A stretch of DNA of 64,000 bases. It comes from a bacterium. Lineage in GTDB: Bacteria; Electryoneota; Electryoneia; Electryoneales; Electryoneaceae. Positions 8,820-19,268 of the stretch are shown in pieces (positions within the stretch are counted from its first letter, which is position 1; every line of letters starts with the position of its first letter). The notes below the pieces were generated by a model, which was not told the DNA's origin, made no database searches, and saw nothing but the letters and a program-made list of their open reading frames with translations. The translations under genes were made by a program, and so were the position numbers. The DNA lies in assembly GCA_963669175.1 (NCBI GenBank), contig OY769902.1, positions 1,856,001 through 1,920,000 on the forward strand, given 5' to 3'.

Positions 8820-9761
8820 TCATCTATTCCACAACCTCTTCATTTTGGCTTCGAAACTGTTGTATTCGGTCGCCTCTTTTTCCAGATCGCGCAGGTATTG
8901 CTCCGCTGCTTCCTCACCTTTTTTAATCAGGGACGGCAGATCATCAAAGTCGAACATGCTGATATGACGGACGTCCGGCTCGATTATATCATCCGCCCAG
9001 CGCAGGTAGGTCCGGTTGTTACGGACATCCATGATTTCGTTCGCACGTACGACCACATCCACACTACTCTTGAACGGTCCTTCACGATGGACACTGGGAA
9101 GCACATTAACCGCGATGACCCAGTGGGGCGTGTCATTGTTGCGTCGCGGCACCGGGACATTGGCCGTAATACCGCCATCGATCAGCATTCGGTCGCCGAT
9201 GGTAACCGGTTCGAAAATACCCGGAATGGCAGAGGAGGCGGCTGCAGCTATAGCGAGATCGCCGGAATCAAGCACCACGGAACGTCCGCTGTAGAGATCA
9301 GATGCGAGGCAGAGAAACGGAATCTTCAGATCAGCGAAAGTTTTACCTTCGAAAAATTCCTGCAGGAGTTTGATCAGCGTTTTTGCAGGGATCAAACCGG
9401 CAGAACGTGTGACCCAGCCAAAGGTGATCAGTCGCAGGAACACTTCGCCAAGCTCCCAGTTCAGGTTGATTCTGTGTTCAGATTCGAGCATACGCTTCAA
9501 CCCGAGTCGTTTCTGCAAGACGTCCCGAACGAACAGATCTGCAGCTTCTTCAAGTTCTTCCACAGAAGCATGTAGACCGTAAAGACCGCCGATGATTGCG
9601 CCCATGCTGACACCGGTGATCAGGTCCGGTTTCCAGCCATTACGTTCCAGCACCTTGATGACACCGATATGAGCGAGGCCACGCGCCCCGCCACCCGCCA
9701 ACGCCAGCACTTTCGCGCCGCCATCCGGCTTCACCCGGTCAACGTATTTTGAATCCAGCAT
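8820..9761 (-). CDS. Patatin-like phospholipase
   Basis: GGGARGLAHIGV, GVSMG nucleophile elbow, ASSAIPGIF, DGG. Confidence 0.93.
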   Translation of the reverse strand: MLDSKYVDRVKPDGGAKVLALAGGGARGLAHIGVIKVLERNGWKPDLITGVSMGAIIGGLYGLHASVEELEEAADLFVRDVLQKRLGLKRMLESEHRINLNWELGEVFLRLITFGWVTRSAGLIPAKTLIKLLQEFFEGKTFADLKIPFLCLASDLYSGRSVVLDSGDLAIAAAASSAIPGIFEPVTIGDRMLIDGGITANVPVPRRNNDTPHWVIAVNVLPSVHREGPFKSSVDVVVRANEIMDVRNNRTYLRWADDIIEPDVRHISMFDFDDLPSLIKKGEEAAEQYLRDLEKEATEYNSFEAKMKRLWNR

Positions 9762-9868
9762 TTTACTCTCTCATTTGTTGCCTTTCCATAATGGTACAAC
9801 CAGTATGAGAGCACGGCAAGATCTAACTCGGTTATCGCGTACCTCATCATCGGGGAGTATATTCAAGT

Positions 9869-10585
9869 ATGGCGAATACTGATGAGCATACGATTGAGCA
9901 GATCCAGACACGGTTCAGGGGAAGCAAGCTGGATTTAACGAGTCTATCCCGTTATGAACAATGGGCTTTGACCTTTTTTCCTGATTCGACGCATATCACT
10001 GATTCCTGTGTGGATATGACTGTGCAGGTGGACATCACCGATGCATTGCAACGGTACCGCACGAGCTCCCTTGCTACGGAAGGAAGCTTTACCGCACGAT
10101 TAACCTGGGCGTTGACTCTTGCTGCCTGCGATGTGGAGTGTTTCTGCTGGCGCAGGCTGGGGGATAGCTGGTACCGGTTTGAGAATCTGCCCCTGTTTTT
10201 TCCGGTCGCCACAGGACGCAAAGAACGGTTTGGCGAAGTGCTGCTTGAAAATGTGTCGGGAATGGAGTGGGCCGAATTTGCTTCAATCTATCAGAAGGCT
10301 ATTTCAAGAGTAATGGAAACGAGCGATGATACATTCAATGCGCTTCCGGAAGCTATCTGGCGGATTGCTATTTTTGTTGGTAACCTGCCCACGCTGCGGT
10401 TTACCTCGCTACGTCCGCATCAATCCGTAGCGAGAACCGGACGGCCGATCTTTTACTTCGGGCAGAGGTACAGGGAAGGCGAACGGGTTATAATACCATT
10501 GGCAGCGTATTTTGATCATGCCAATGCCGACCCGGTCATGCTGACCAAGCTGATCGACCGTTTTCACGAGTATTGCTTAATGTAA
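9869..10585 (+). CDS. CatA-like O-acetyltransferase family protein
   Basis: MTVQVDIT, GNLPTLRFTSL, PIFYFGQ and DHANAD (HxxxD) resemble the chloramphenicol acetyltransferase fold. Confidence 0.6.
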   Translation: MANTDEHTIEQIQTRFRGSKLDLTSLSRYEQWALTFFPDSTHITDSCVDMTVQVDITDALQRYRTSSLATEGSFTARLTWALTLAACDVECFCWRRLGDSWYRFENLPLFFPVATGRKERFGEVLLENVSGMEWAEFASIYQKAISRVMETSDDTFNALPEAIWRIAIFVGNLPTLRFTSLRPHQSVARTGRPIFYFGQRYREGERVIIPLAAYFDHANADPVMLTKLIDRFHEYCLM

Positions 10586-10629
10586 TAGTATTGTTGCACC
10601 AAAACAGAATTCAGCCAGGGGGAATACGG

Positions 10630-11046
10630 ATGCTGGTAGGCAAAGGAAACCGTCCCGTTTCAGAAGCTCGTTTGTGGACACAGGCAAACGGAGTTTTTAT
10701 CACGTTGAGCGGTATTGTCCGTGTTGATCTGGCCAATGACTGGCTAGACAAGGTGGTGAAAGTCGGTAAGGTTGATTGGCTGATTCTGAATATCGAGCAC
10801 ATGCGGCAGGCGCAGAATGGTGTCTGGCCTTTGGTTGAAGTTGGCGTGAAGAAGCTGCAGAAAAAGGGAGTCAAAAGGATCATTGTTGTATGGTATGACA
10901 AAAATATGTTCGAACAACTGAAAGCCTCGTTCAAGCGCACGGGATTGTTTGAATTGACCGAGTATATTGATACCAGTAAAAGGAAATACGACCAGCGTGC
11001 AGTTACAGAATGGCTGATTAAAAACTGGGATAAGCCGCGAGCGTGA
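10630..11046 (+). CDS. Hypothetical protein (possible STAS/SEC14-like alpha/beta fold)
   Basis: 138-aa ORF with GGGGGA upstream and an alternating beta/alpha pattern. No firm family. Confidence 0.55.
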   Translation: MLVGKGNRPVSEARLWTQANGVFITLSGIVRVDLANDWLDKVVKVGKVDWLILNIEHMRQAQNGVWPLVEVGVKKLQKKGVKRIIVVWYDKNMFEQLKASFKRTGLFELTEYIDTSKRKYDQRAVTEWLIKNWDKPRA

Positions 11047-11347
11047 TCCTGTAGCCGACAGTAGTAACTGTTCAGAATTCATTGCTATCTATAGCCTCAC
11101 AGTTTCAACACGATTCGTTTATTCATCTCCGCTTGTCTCTCCTCAGGCTTGAGGAGGTTTGATCATTCGTATCATTGTCATTTCTCGCACATCTAAATAG
11201 TGGACCGATTCATGTGATCCGGTCCACTGATGTATTGAGCGAACCCATGAATGGTTGTATCTTAATAATGTTGGGAATTGTTGACGAACCTATCCGGTTG
11301 AGCCTTCCAAGATTGAAGCGCCGGCACGGGAACCCGTTGGAGGATAC

Positions 11348-13897
11348 ATGCGGTCGAAGCAGTTAGTTGTAGCAGGAATATTTGTTCTGGGGCTGGTCGG
11401 TTCCATTTTCGCGCAGCCTTATTATTACGGCGCGATTCGGGAAGAACAGTTACCGGATTGGATTCTCGAATCTCCTGCCATTGAGGCGCAGGCAGGGAAT
11501 GAGCTCGATGAATCTGTGTTTAACTATGAGGGTCTTCCCCCTGTCGGTAACCAGAGCAGCCAGGGAAGTTGCACCGCATGGGCCACTGCTTATTATTACC
11601 TGACCTACCTGCAGTGGCAGGAACATGGTTTTGATACTTCTGATCCGGACAACATTTGCAGCCCGGCATTTACCTATAACCTGATCAATGGTGGTACAGA
11701 CAGCGGCAGCATGCCTTCCGACGCCTTCGAGATTTTCGAGAAAATCGGCTGCGGAACCATGTCCGATATACCCTATACCGCATCCAACTGCACCAATTTC
11801 CCCGAAGAAGAGACCTTTATCAACGGCATGGTCAACCGTATTGACCAGACCTATAGCATCAGCACACAGTCGCAGGCTGGTTTACAGACTCTGAAAAACC
11901 ACTTGCTGAACGGCAATATTGCCATGACAGCAATCACAGTCTGGAGCAATTTTAATGAAATCAGCAGCTTCAACTATACTTATTGTGTAAACGATATTTA
12001 TGGTTCCGACCCGGGCGGTCACGCAGTTACCATCGTTGGCTTCGATGACAATTTCGAGACCAGTGACGGTACTGGCGCGTTCCGCATGGTAAACTCCTGG
12101 GGGCCGAGCTGGGGTGATGATGGCTTCTGGTGGATGTCCTACGAAGCTTTCATGAACGATATCATTGGCTGGGGATACGCACTTTACGCCTCTGACCGGA
12201 TTGATTACGAACCGCAACTCTATGCGGCTGCAGAAATCCAGCATTCAGACAGATACAACCTGAGATACCGTGTCGGTGTGGGCGATGTCGATAATCCTGC
12301 TATTGAGGCACTGTATTTCGATATTGGCATGCGAGGGCGTTCCCAGATAGCCTTCCCGGAAGGAAGCCGTTTGATCCTCGATGCAACCGATTTGTATCCC
12401 TACCTGGATGCGAACTCACCGAATGAAGTGTTCCTGAGTATTCAGGATCGTGGCTACAACAATGGTCACAGCGGTAACCTGCTGAATCTGCAGGTAGAAG
12501 ATATGGCCCTGGATTTTCGCGCTATCTCCGGCTATACCCCGATGACGATCCCGGATTACAATGCCTGGGTAACCACACCATTGACCCTGTATTATCGTGT
12601 TGTTCCCCCGGAAGGTTTTGCTGCCGCTGTTGATCTCAGCAACGGTAATGTAAACCTGACCTGGGATACGGCAAACGAGCTGAATGAATTCAACGAATAC
12701 ATGGTGTATCGTGATGGTGAGGAAATCGGGCGCACGTCATCTACCCAGTATGTCGATGAATTGTCCGAGTTCGGCATCTATTCCTATGAAATCGTATCGG
12801 CCTGGGATGAAGCGGTTTCATGGCCGTCAGCAACCGTAGAGATTAACTACATTGAGCCGGTGGAACCACGCTTCACCAACATCGCTTATGTATCTGATGC
12901 GGGCGCTTTCACCCTGAATTGGGATCAACTGCGTGGTGAATCGCTACAGTATGATAACGGCGTTGCGGACGCCAGCTTCTGCCCCAGTAACGAGGCAAGT
13001 CGTGGCGCAATGGTCGCACAGCAGTTTACAGCTCCAGATAACGGCAAAGTCACCAGTGTGGGCGCCTATTTCCGTGCTGAAGAGGATATTCCCAACGGCA
13101 ATATTCGTGTGTACATGATGCGTGATGATAATGGCACACCCGGTGAGAAAATATACTGGGGTGACATTCACACGCCTTCCAGCGAAGAAGGCTGGCGCTG
13201 GTATGATGCGCAGAATGTACGTGTTGCCCTGGATGCCGGTGAACAGTTCTGGCTGGCAGTTGCCTGGTATGATCTGAACTGCACCCGGTTGGGACGTGAT
13301 ATGAGCAGCAATGCCAACGGCACCCAGAAAGTTTCGCCTGACGGTGAGCACTGGGTAACAACCAATGTCGGGCATCCCATGCTGCGTGTGGAATATGGTT
13401 CCGAAGAGCTGGTCGATGACTGGACCGGTCTGCTGGGCTACGATGTGTACATGAACGATGCGCTGGTTGCTGAAGTTGATAACGATACCAAGACTTTCCA
13501 GGGCAATTTTGAGAATGCTGGAGTATATAATTTCCGTATCGTGGCAAACTATCTGCAGGGTGACTGGCAGGGAGAAACCTGGCAGTATGAATGGAATGGC
13601 ACAGAACAGGATGTCGATGATTCCGGTCTACCGTTGGCGTGGGAATTCCAGGGCGCCTACCCGAACCCGTTCAATCCGACCACAACCATCGGATTTACGC
13701 TGAAACAGGCCACAACGGTTCAATTGCGCGTATTCAACCTGCTCGGGCAGGAAGTGGCGCAACTGGCGAACCGGACCATGCGCGCCGGTCAACACCAGGT
13801 TCTTTTCGACGGGCATGGTCTGGCCAGCGGGCTGTATGTGATCCGTTTTGATGCTGGCCCATTGCACGAAACCCGTAAGATTGTCCTGATGAAGTAA
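11348..13897 (+). CDS. Secreted C1 (papain-family) cysteine peptidase with Fn3-like modules and T9SS-type/FlgD-Ig C-terminal domain
   Basis: Signal peptide, QSSQGSCTAW (Cys), GGHAVTIVGFDD (His), NSWG (Asn), AYPNPFNPTT...ASGLYVIRF tail. GGAGG RBS. Confidence 0.92.
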   Translation: MRSKQLVVAGIFVLGLVGSIFAQPYYYGAIREEQLPDWILESPAIEAQAGNELDESVFNYEGLPPVGNQSSQGSCTAWATAYYYLTYLQWQEHGFDTSDPDNICSPAFTYNLINGGTDSGSMPSDAFEIFEKIGCGTMSDIPYTASNCTNFPEEETFINGMVNRIDQTYSISTQSQAGLQTLKNHLLNGNIAMTAITVWSNFNEISSFNYTYCVNDIYGSDPGGHAVTIVGFDDNFETSDGTGAFRMVNSWGPSWGDDGFWWMSYEAFMNDIIGWGYALYASDRIDYEPQLYAAAEIQHSDRYNLRYRVGVGDVDNPAIEALYFDIGMRGRSQIAFPEGSRLILDATDLYPYLDANSPNEVFLSIQDRGYNNGHSGNLLNLQVEDMALDFRAISGYTPMTIPDYNAWVTTPLTLYYRVVPPEGFAAAVDLSNGNVNLTWDTANELNEFNEYMVYRDGEEIGRTSSTQYVDELSEFGIYSYEIVSAWDEAVSWPSATVEINYIEPVEPRFTNIAYVSDAGAFTLNWDQLRGESLQYDNGVADASFCPSNEASRGAMVAQQFTAPDNGKVTSVGAYFRAEEDIPNGNIRVYMMRDDNGTPGEKIYWGDIHTPSSEEGWRWYDAQNVRVALDAGEQFWLAVAWYDLNCTRLGRDMSSNANGTQKVSPDGEHWVTTNVGHPMLRVEYGSEELVDDWTGLLGYDVYMNDALVAEVDNDTKTFQGNFENAGVYNFRIVANYLQGDWQGETWQYEWNGTEQDVDDSGLPLAWEFQGAYPNPFNPTTTIGFTLKQATTVQLRVFNLLGQEVAQLANRTMRAGQHQVLFDGHGLASGLYVIRFDAGPLHETRKIVLMK

Positions 13898-14008
13898 CTA
13901 GGATTTGGATTTACAGGATGAGCAGGATCGCGGAAGGATAGACAGGATAAGTATCCTGAGAGGCTGAGAAAGCACCAGTTCACCAGATACATTTGTTATA
14001 CAGATGAG

Positions 14009-14044
14009 CAGGGATTGACCTTCAGTGGTCAGTCCCTTTTTTTC
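14009..14044 (+). terminator. Rho-independent terminator
   Basis: AGGGATTGACC-TTCAGT-GGTCAGTCCCT plus T-run downstream of the C1 peptidase. Confidence 0.7.
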
Positions 14045-14094
14045 TGTTGAACACGGTATGAATCCAGCTTGACTCGACAGCGGTAGCCGGGAAT

Positions 14095-14282
14095 GATACC
14101 CGACAGTGAGCAGTCGGGCCAAACGTCCTGTATACTCTACTTGTAGCCTGGACCGTCCTCTGTCCGGGAGTAAGGATACCCGACAGCGAGCAGTCGGGCC
14201 AAACGTCCTGTATACTCTACTTGTAGCCCGGACCGTCCTCGGTCCGGGAGTAAGGATACCCAACAGTACGCTGTCGGGCCAA
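14095..14282. repeat. 80-bp tandem repeat of GTAG-type REP pairs (BIME-like)
   Basis: Units start at 14095, 14175 and 14255. Full units have hairpin CCCGACAG..CAGTCGGG and GTAG-CCCGGACC..GGTCCGGG. Confidence 0.85.
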
Positions 14283-14296
14283 TCATGAAAAATGAT

Positions 14297-16711
14297 TCAC
14301 TCATGCCTCAAATTCATTCCAGGATTTTTCAATGCCGCTCCGATCGTCTGCAATGTTACGACAGCAAGAGTCAACGCCAGCGTCAGCAGGATTGTGGCGA
14401 TATAAATCCAGGCGCCTATGGAGACATGATAGGCAAACTCGCTCAGCCAGCGTTGCATCACATACAGCGATAACGGGACGGCAATAATTCCGGCAAGAAC
14501 AACCCATAACACAAATTCACGATAGAACAGCGACAGGATGGAGTGAACACTGGCGCCCAGCACTTTACGGATGCTGATCTCACGTGAACGTGATTCGACG
14601 GTATAGGTAATCAATCCCAGCACACCTAGAATAGTCAGGAGAATGGCAATGAAACTGAAGATGGTGAAGACCACCTGCGTGTGTTGATCTCGCATGTATT
14701 GATGTGCGAACACTTCACTCATGAAGGTATAGTCGAAGGGTTTGTCCGGCGCCAGGTTGTTCCAGGCGGCTTCCATCCCTTTCAGGGTAGCATCCAGATT
14801 CTCAAGACTTACCCGCACTTTCAGGTAATTCGCAAACGATGTATACGGCAGAATTCGGATGACAACCGGCTGGATTTCATCGTACAAGGCCTGGATATGA
14901 AAATCACCAACCACACCGACCACAGTATAGGTAATAGCATTGTTGTCGGGGCGTGTTTCCAGCAATCTTTGTCCGACAGCTTGTTCCCAGCCAAGGTGTT
15001 TCGCTGCGGCTTCATTGATCAGGATAACATTGCTGTTAGTCTCTTCATCGTTACGGAAATCACGTCCGTCAACAAGTGTCAATCCCAATGTTTTGACAGC
15101 ATCTGCGTCCAGCTCATGCACCCATAACAGCGTATGCTCATCCTCATTCATTTCTTCCGTCTTGAAATTGATACCCATCATGCTCTGGCCGAAGTTGAAG
15201 CGTGACATGCTGACGCCTTCAACCCCCGGCACCTTCAGGAGTTCCTGCTTGAGAGCGTTGGCTTGTTGCTGAAGGGCGTGATCGGTCATCCAGACTGACA
15301 ATACCTGGTCCTTGTCAAATCCAAGGGACTTGTTGGAGATGAAGCGCATCTGCAATTGAACGACGACTGTGCTGGCGAGCAGGGCGATGGTGATCACAAA
15401 CTGGGCTACTACCAGCGTACGCCGCATGGCTGCCTTACGAACACCGGCCGTGGCTGCATTTCCCTTCAAGGTCTGCGTTGGCTGGAACGCACTGAAAACG
15501 ATAGCCGGATACAAACCAGCCAGCATACCCACCAGGATTGCCGCGAGAATGCCAACCATGAAATCGATGGAGCTTTCCGGTGCAGGAATGTGCAATGTGC
15601 CCGAAGTGAAACGGTTCAGCATCGACAGGACGAAATACATGACACCGATCCCTGCGCCAAGCGAGAGCAGCGATAACATCAACGATTCAGAAATGGATGT
15701 GATGAACAGGTTGAACCGTCTTGCCCCGAGTACCTTGCTGATGCCGACTTCACGAGACCGCTCTGAGATTCGTGCGGTGGTCAGGTTGATATAGTTGATT
15801 ACCGCGAGAAGCAGGATAATCGCGGCAATAGTGCTGAACAGGGCCAGGGTGGACCGATTCGCTTTTGAGCCCAGGTGATCCATTACCGGATCATCAAAAT
15901 GTATTGTCTTGACAGAGGTAAGGCTGAAGGTAAAGGAAGCGTGTGCCTGGGCCAGGAATTCACCGAACTGCTCTTCAAAATACTGGTTCATCGCAGCAGT
16001 CAGCGTATCCGGATTGGCGCCCTCGATGAGTTTGATATAGGTATAATCCTGTATCGCAAACCAGTCAGCATTGTTGGGATCAGCTACTTCCAGGCTGGAA
16101 TAGGAGGCCAGAACCGAGATGTATTGAAGATGAGAAGGTTCGGGAAAACCGGAGAAGACGCCTGTTATCTCGTATGGTTCATCCTGGATCAGGAATGTCT
16201 TGCCGATAGGATCTGCATCATGAAAATGACTGTCAACCAGTCTTTGGCTGACGATAACGGTGTTGGGACGATTCAGCGCTTTAGTTGGTGAGCCTTGCAC
16301 CATATTCACGCCGAACATGGCCAGTGCAGATGAATCGGCATAGGTGATTGAGCCATCCAGCCATTTTTCGTCATCCACACGAACCGCACGGGGAGTGCCG
16401 ACTGCTCTGAAGCGGCAGAAGTCCTGAACGACTGGGTAACTCTCCACAAGTTTTGGCCCCATTGGCGGCATAACGCGTCCAAGCAACAGCTCACGTCCGC
16501 CGGTGTTCAGGTTCACGGTTATCCGATACAACGAAGCGACATCCGGAAAGCCGGAATCATGCCGTAATTCGTTACGAACATGCAACATGATCACCCCGGC
16601 AAAGGCAAAGCCGACAGCCAAACCGAGGACGTTGATGAAGGATACCAGGCGGTTACGGAAAAAACGACGAAAGGCCAGCTTGAGACCGATGGGCAGCATC
16701 GTTTCCCTCAT
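14297..16711 (-). CDS. ABC transporter permease, duplicated MacB/FtsX type
   Basis: INVLGLAVG, NYINLTTA...REVGISKVLGA, LAGLYPA, QFVITI, REISIRKVLGAS, NPGMNLRHE. Confidence 0.93.
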   Translation of the reverse strand: MRETMLPIGLKLAFRRFFRNRLVSFINVLGLAVGFAFAGVIMLHVRNELRHDSGFPDVASLYRITVNLNTGGRELLLGRVMPPMGPKLVESYPVVQDFCRFRAVGTPRAVRVDDEKWLDGSITYADSSALAMFGVNMVQGSPTKALNRPNTVIVSQRLVDSHFHDADPIGKTFLIQDEPYEITGVFSGFPEPSHLQYISVLASYSSLEVADPNNADWFAIQDYTYIKLIEGANPDTLTAAMNQYFEEQFGEFLAQAHASFTFSLTSVKTIHFDDPVMDHLGSKANRSTLALFSTIAAIILLLAVINYINLTTARISERSREVGISKVLGARRFNLFITSISESLMLSLLSLGAGIGVMYFVLSMLNRFTSGTLHIPAPESSIDFMVGILAAILVGMLAGLYPAIVFSAFQPTQTLKGNAATAGVRKAAMRRTLVVAQFVITIALLASTVVVQLQMRFISNKSLGFDKDQVLSVWMTDHALQQQANALKQELLKVPGVEGVSMSRFNFGQSMMGINFKTEEMNEDEHTLLWVHELDADAVKTLGLTLVDGRDFRNDEETNSNVILINEAAAKHLGWEQAVGQRLLETRPDNNAITYTVVGVVGDFHIQALYDEIQPVVIRILPYTSFANYLKVRVSLENLDATLKGMEAAWNNLAPDKPFDYTFMSEVFAHQYMRDQHTQVVFTIFSFIAILLTILGVLGLITYTVESRSREISIRKVLGASVHSILSLFYREFVLWVVLAGIIAVPLSLYVMQRWLSEFAYHVSIGAWIYIATILLTLALTLAVVTLQTIGAALKNPGMNLRHE

Positions 16712-16875
16712 GTGTAGAGATGTACAGGCAAGTTGTGAAAACGCTTTACCATCCTGTTAAGCAATCCATGTGCCTGAAGGTAAATATCGCAAAGGTTATA
16801 AACTATAATGGTTTAGTTTGAGGGTGTGTAACTTTGGAGAATTGGTGGTGTAGCAAACCCCTACATTGTGCGACA

Positions 16876-16907
16876 AAACAAAACCCGGCATACCTGATGC
16901 CGGGTTG
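16876..16907 (-). terminator. Rho-independent terminator of the rubrerythrin-like gene
   Basis: AACCCGGCAT-ACCTG-ATGCCGGGTT with an A-run on the left (T-run on the minus strand). Confidence 0.7.
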
Positions 16908-16931
16908 GAAACATCTACCCGAAAGCGCGGA

Positions 16932-17456
16932 TCATCCAGCTTCCATGTCGAATTCTTCGAAGCCGAAGAAGTGTCCCAGCCCCTGGGCGGCGTCCAGTTC
17001 AGCCTGAACGATAGCGACATGGCCTTCTTCAATTTCCAGGAAATTCTGGAACATCTGCTGGTTTTCGTCGGTCATCTGTTCCACCATGCGACGGTAGAAA
17101 GCGGAGGTCTGTAATTCCGCTTCGACAGCGGCTTTCAGCATGTCCAGCTCTTTCTCGGTGACTTGGGTGTGAACGGTGCTTTTCAGTCCCTGGACCTGTT
17201 TTTCAATCGCTTCCTTCGGCGGGATCTGGGTCTCAAGAGCGACCGGGTTCACCTTACCCTGGTCTTTCAGTTCCTTCAGACGGTGCTCCAGGTAGTCCAG
17301 GTGCCCCTGTTCCTCCATGGCCAGCACACGAAACACCCGCTTACCAACTTCGTTGGTGGCTTTTTCGAGCGCTTCGGCGTACGTGTCGCGCACTTTGGTC
17401 TCAAATTCCATCGCAGTCTTGATCGCTTCTTCCGGCGTGAGCGTTTTCTCGCTCAT
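16932..17456 (-). CDS. Ferritin-like / rubrerythrin-family diiron protein
   Basis: Paired motifs AMEFE...Y...EEQGH and AVEAE...FY...EEGH. Confidence 0.85.
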   Translation of the reverse strand: MSEKTLTPEEAIKTAMEFETKVRDTYAEALEKATNEVGKRVFRVLAMEEQGHLDYLEHRLKELKDQGKVNPVALETQIPPKEAIEKQVQGLKSTVHTQVTEKELDMLKAAVEAELQTSAFYRRMVEQMTDENQQMFQNFLEIEEGHVAIVQAELDAAQGLGHFFGFEEFDMEAG

Positions 17457-17684
17457 GGCAACCCTCCCAAGTGGCATCCGTCAGATCGATAGGATCTCGT
17501 ACGGATGAATGATGTATTTTTCAACGTTTTGTTTGCGCTAAAATAGTTCCTGATAGTCTTACCGTTCTCAATTAGAGATAGAACTTCCATTCTATGAACG
17601 TCTTTATTTTGTGGCGACTTTAACAAACGCTTTCTTTGACCACCATCATTCAGAAATCATTATTCAATTATTCAGCAGGAATTC

Positions 17685-17886
17685 AGCAGGCTTTAGCCTG
17701 CTCCTCTTAGCCCCCGGCTTTAGCCGGGGGGACAGGTAAGGAGTTATATCGAGCGCCCTTCAGGGTGCTTGCCAGATACGTGTTCTTTCATCCCATGCAA
17801 GCACGCTGAAGCGCGCTCAATTTCGTGATTGTTTTGTCTCCACCCGGCTAAAGCCGGGTGCTAAGAGGAGCCTGCTGAAGCAGGCT
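17685..17886. repeat. REP-type multi-hairpin cassette (family D, copy 2, uninterrupted)
   Basis: Same ordered hairpins as 6471-7079, without the MITE. Confidence 0.8.
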
Positions 17887-17905
17887 AATGAATTCCAATC
17901 AGTGC

Positions 17906-17986
17906 ATGCTTCCGAATACGCATATGCATTTCGAATGCAAATGCTTCCGAATACGCATATGCATTTCGAATGCAAATGTTTCTGAA
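17906..17986. repeat. 35-bp tandem repeat (2.3 copies) with internal palindromes
   Basis: ATGCTTCCGAATACGCATATGCATTTCGAATGCAA at 17906 and 17941, partial at 17976. Confidence 0.85.
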
Positions 17987-18088
17987 GGCGACTCTAACAA
18001 CACCCAGTATCATCAAATAACAAAATAGTAAACCGCCCGCCGCCTTCAAACGGCAACGGGCGGAAAGATAGTGTTTCAAGTGACAGGA

Positions 18089-18583
18089 TCAGCCTTCGCG
18101 AGCGCCGAGTTCCTTGTCCATCATGTACAGGCCGCCCTTGAAATCCTTCATCAGTTCCAGCTTGTTGATGATGGCATCGACGGAGGATTCTTCCTCGACC
18201 TGCTCGTCGACAAACCAACCCAGGAAAGATTCTGTGGGGAGGTCTTTTTCTTTGCGGGCCTGGTGGACCAGGTCATGGATGTTCTTGGTGATGTACTGTT
18301 CATGCTTGAACGCATCCTGGAAGACATCCATCACGCTCTTCCACTCAGCCTGCGGCTTTTCCATGGCATCCAATTCGGCCTTGCCACGAACCTCAAAGAT
18401 GAAATCGTAGAACTTGCGGGCATGGGCCATCTCTTCACCGGCCTGCTTGGCCATCCAGTTGGCCATGCCGTCAAAATTCTTATCCTTCAGCCATGCGGAC
18501 ATGGACAGGTACAGGTACCAGGAGAAGAGTTCTCGGTTCATCTGGGCGTTAAGCGCCTTCTGCATTTTTTCGGATATCATCAT
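18089..18583 (-). CDS. ftnA: Non-heme ferritin
   Basis: LNAQMNRELFSWYLYLSMS, EEMAHA, HEQYIT, FLGWFVDEQVEEE ferroxidase motifs. Confidence 0.95.
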   Translation of the reverse strand: MMISEKMQKALNAQMNRELFSWYLYLSMSAWLKDKNFDGMANWMAKQAGEEMAHARKFYDFIFEVRGKAELDAMEKPQAEWKSVMDVFQDAFKHEQYITKNIHDLVHQARKEKDLPTESFLGWFVDEQVEEESSVDAIINKLELMKDFKGGLYMMDKELGAREG

Positions 18584-18670
18584 CGTTCTGTCCTCCAAAT
18601 CTATGTACTGCTTTGTTCAACCGAATGTATCTGAAATGTGATCTATCACAACCTGTCCGGTTTGACAGGG

Positions 18671-19111
18671 TTATGCGTAGGGGTAAATGTCCTTCTTCAC
18701 CTTCTCCAGGGCTTCGAGCATATTGTTATGCTTCTCTTCGTCCATGAGGAGGTAGTTCAACAGGTAAATCTGCGGGGTCAGGTGCTTGGCGCCCTTCAAC
18801 TGGCCCATGATTTCTTCCGCAAACTCGATGGTCTTCTTTTCAATCTCAATGTGCTCTTCAATCAGATCCCAGACCGACGCCACATCTTCCGGGGTCAGCG
18901 AGAACTGCTTGGATTCCACGCTGTCAATGATCAACTGCTGCAGGTGATAGTGCATCTGGGAATCACGCTGGATGATCTCGGCGACCATATGCAGCAACGG
19001 GTGATCGGTCTTTTCCATGATACGGCCGGTTGAGACCACGGACGCATTTTCAATTTTCTGCCAACGCTTCAAATTGGCGACTGCCTGCTCTGTCTTTTCC
19101 TTTGTAGACAT
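18671..19111 (-). CDS. Ferritin-like four-helix protein of unknown function
   Basis: QKIEN...RDSQMH and HIEIEK...DEEKH helices. GGAGG RBS before MSTKEK. Confidence 0.7.
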   Translation of the reverse strand: MSTKEKTEQAVANLKRWQKIENASVVSTGRIMEKTDHPLLHMVAEIIQRDSQMHYHLQQLIIDSVESKQFSLTPEDVASVWDLIEEHIEIEKKTIEFAEEIMGQLKGAKHLTPQIYLLNYLLMDEEKHNNMLEALEKVKKDIYPYA

Positions 19112-19268
19112 GGGTGCCTCCCTTTTTTTTACTTGTAAATGAATTCTTTGTTTCAAACTAACAAAGCGACCAAATTTCAAAACGACCCGTTTGTTGGCAA
19201 GTTTATCCAGTGGAAAACTACTACCCTGTCCGGCAGAAAATCCCTTTGGATTTCCTCCTCCAGCCGTC

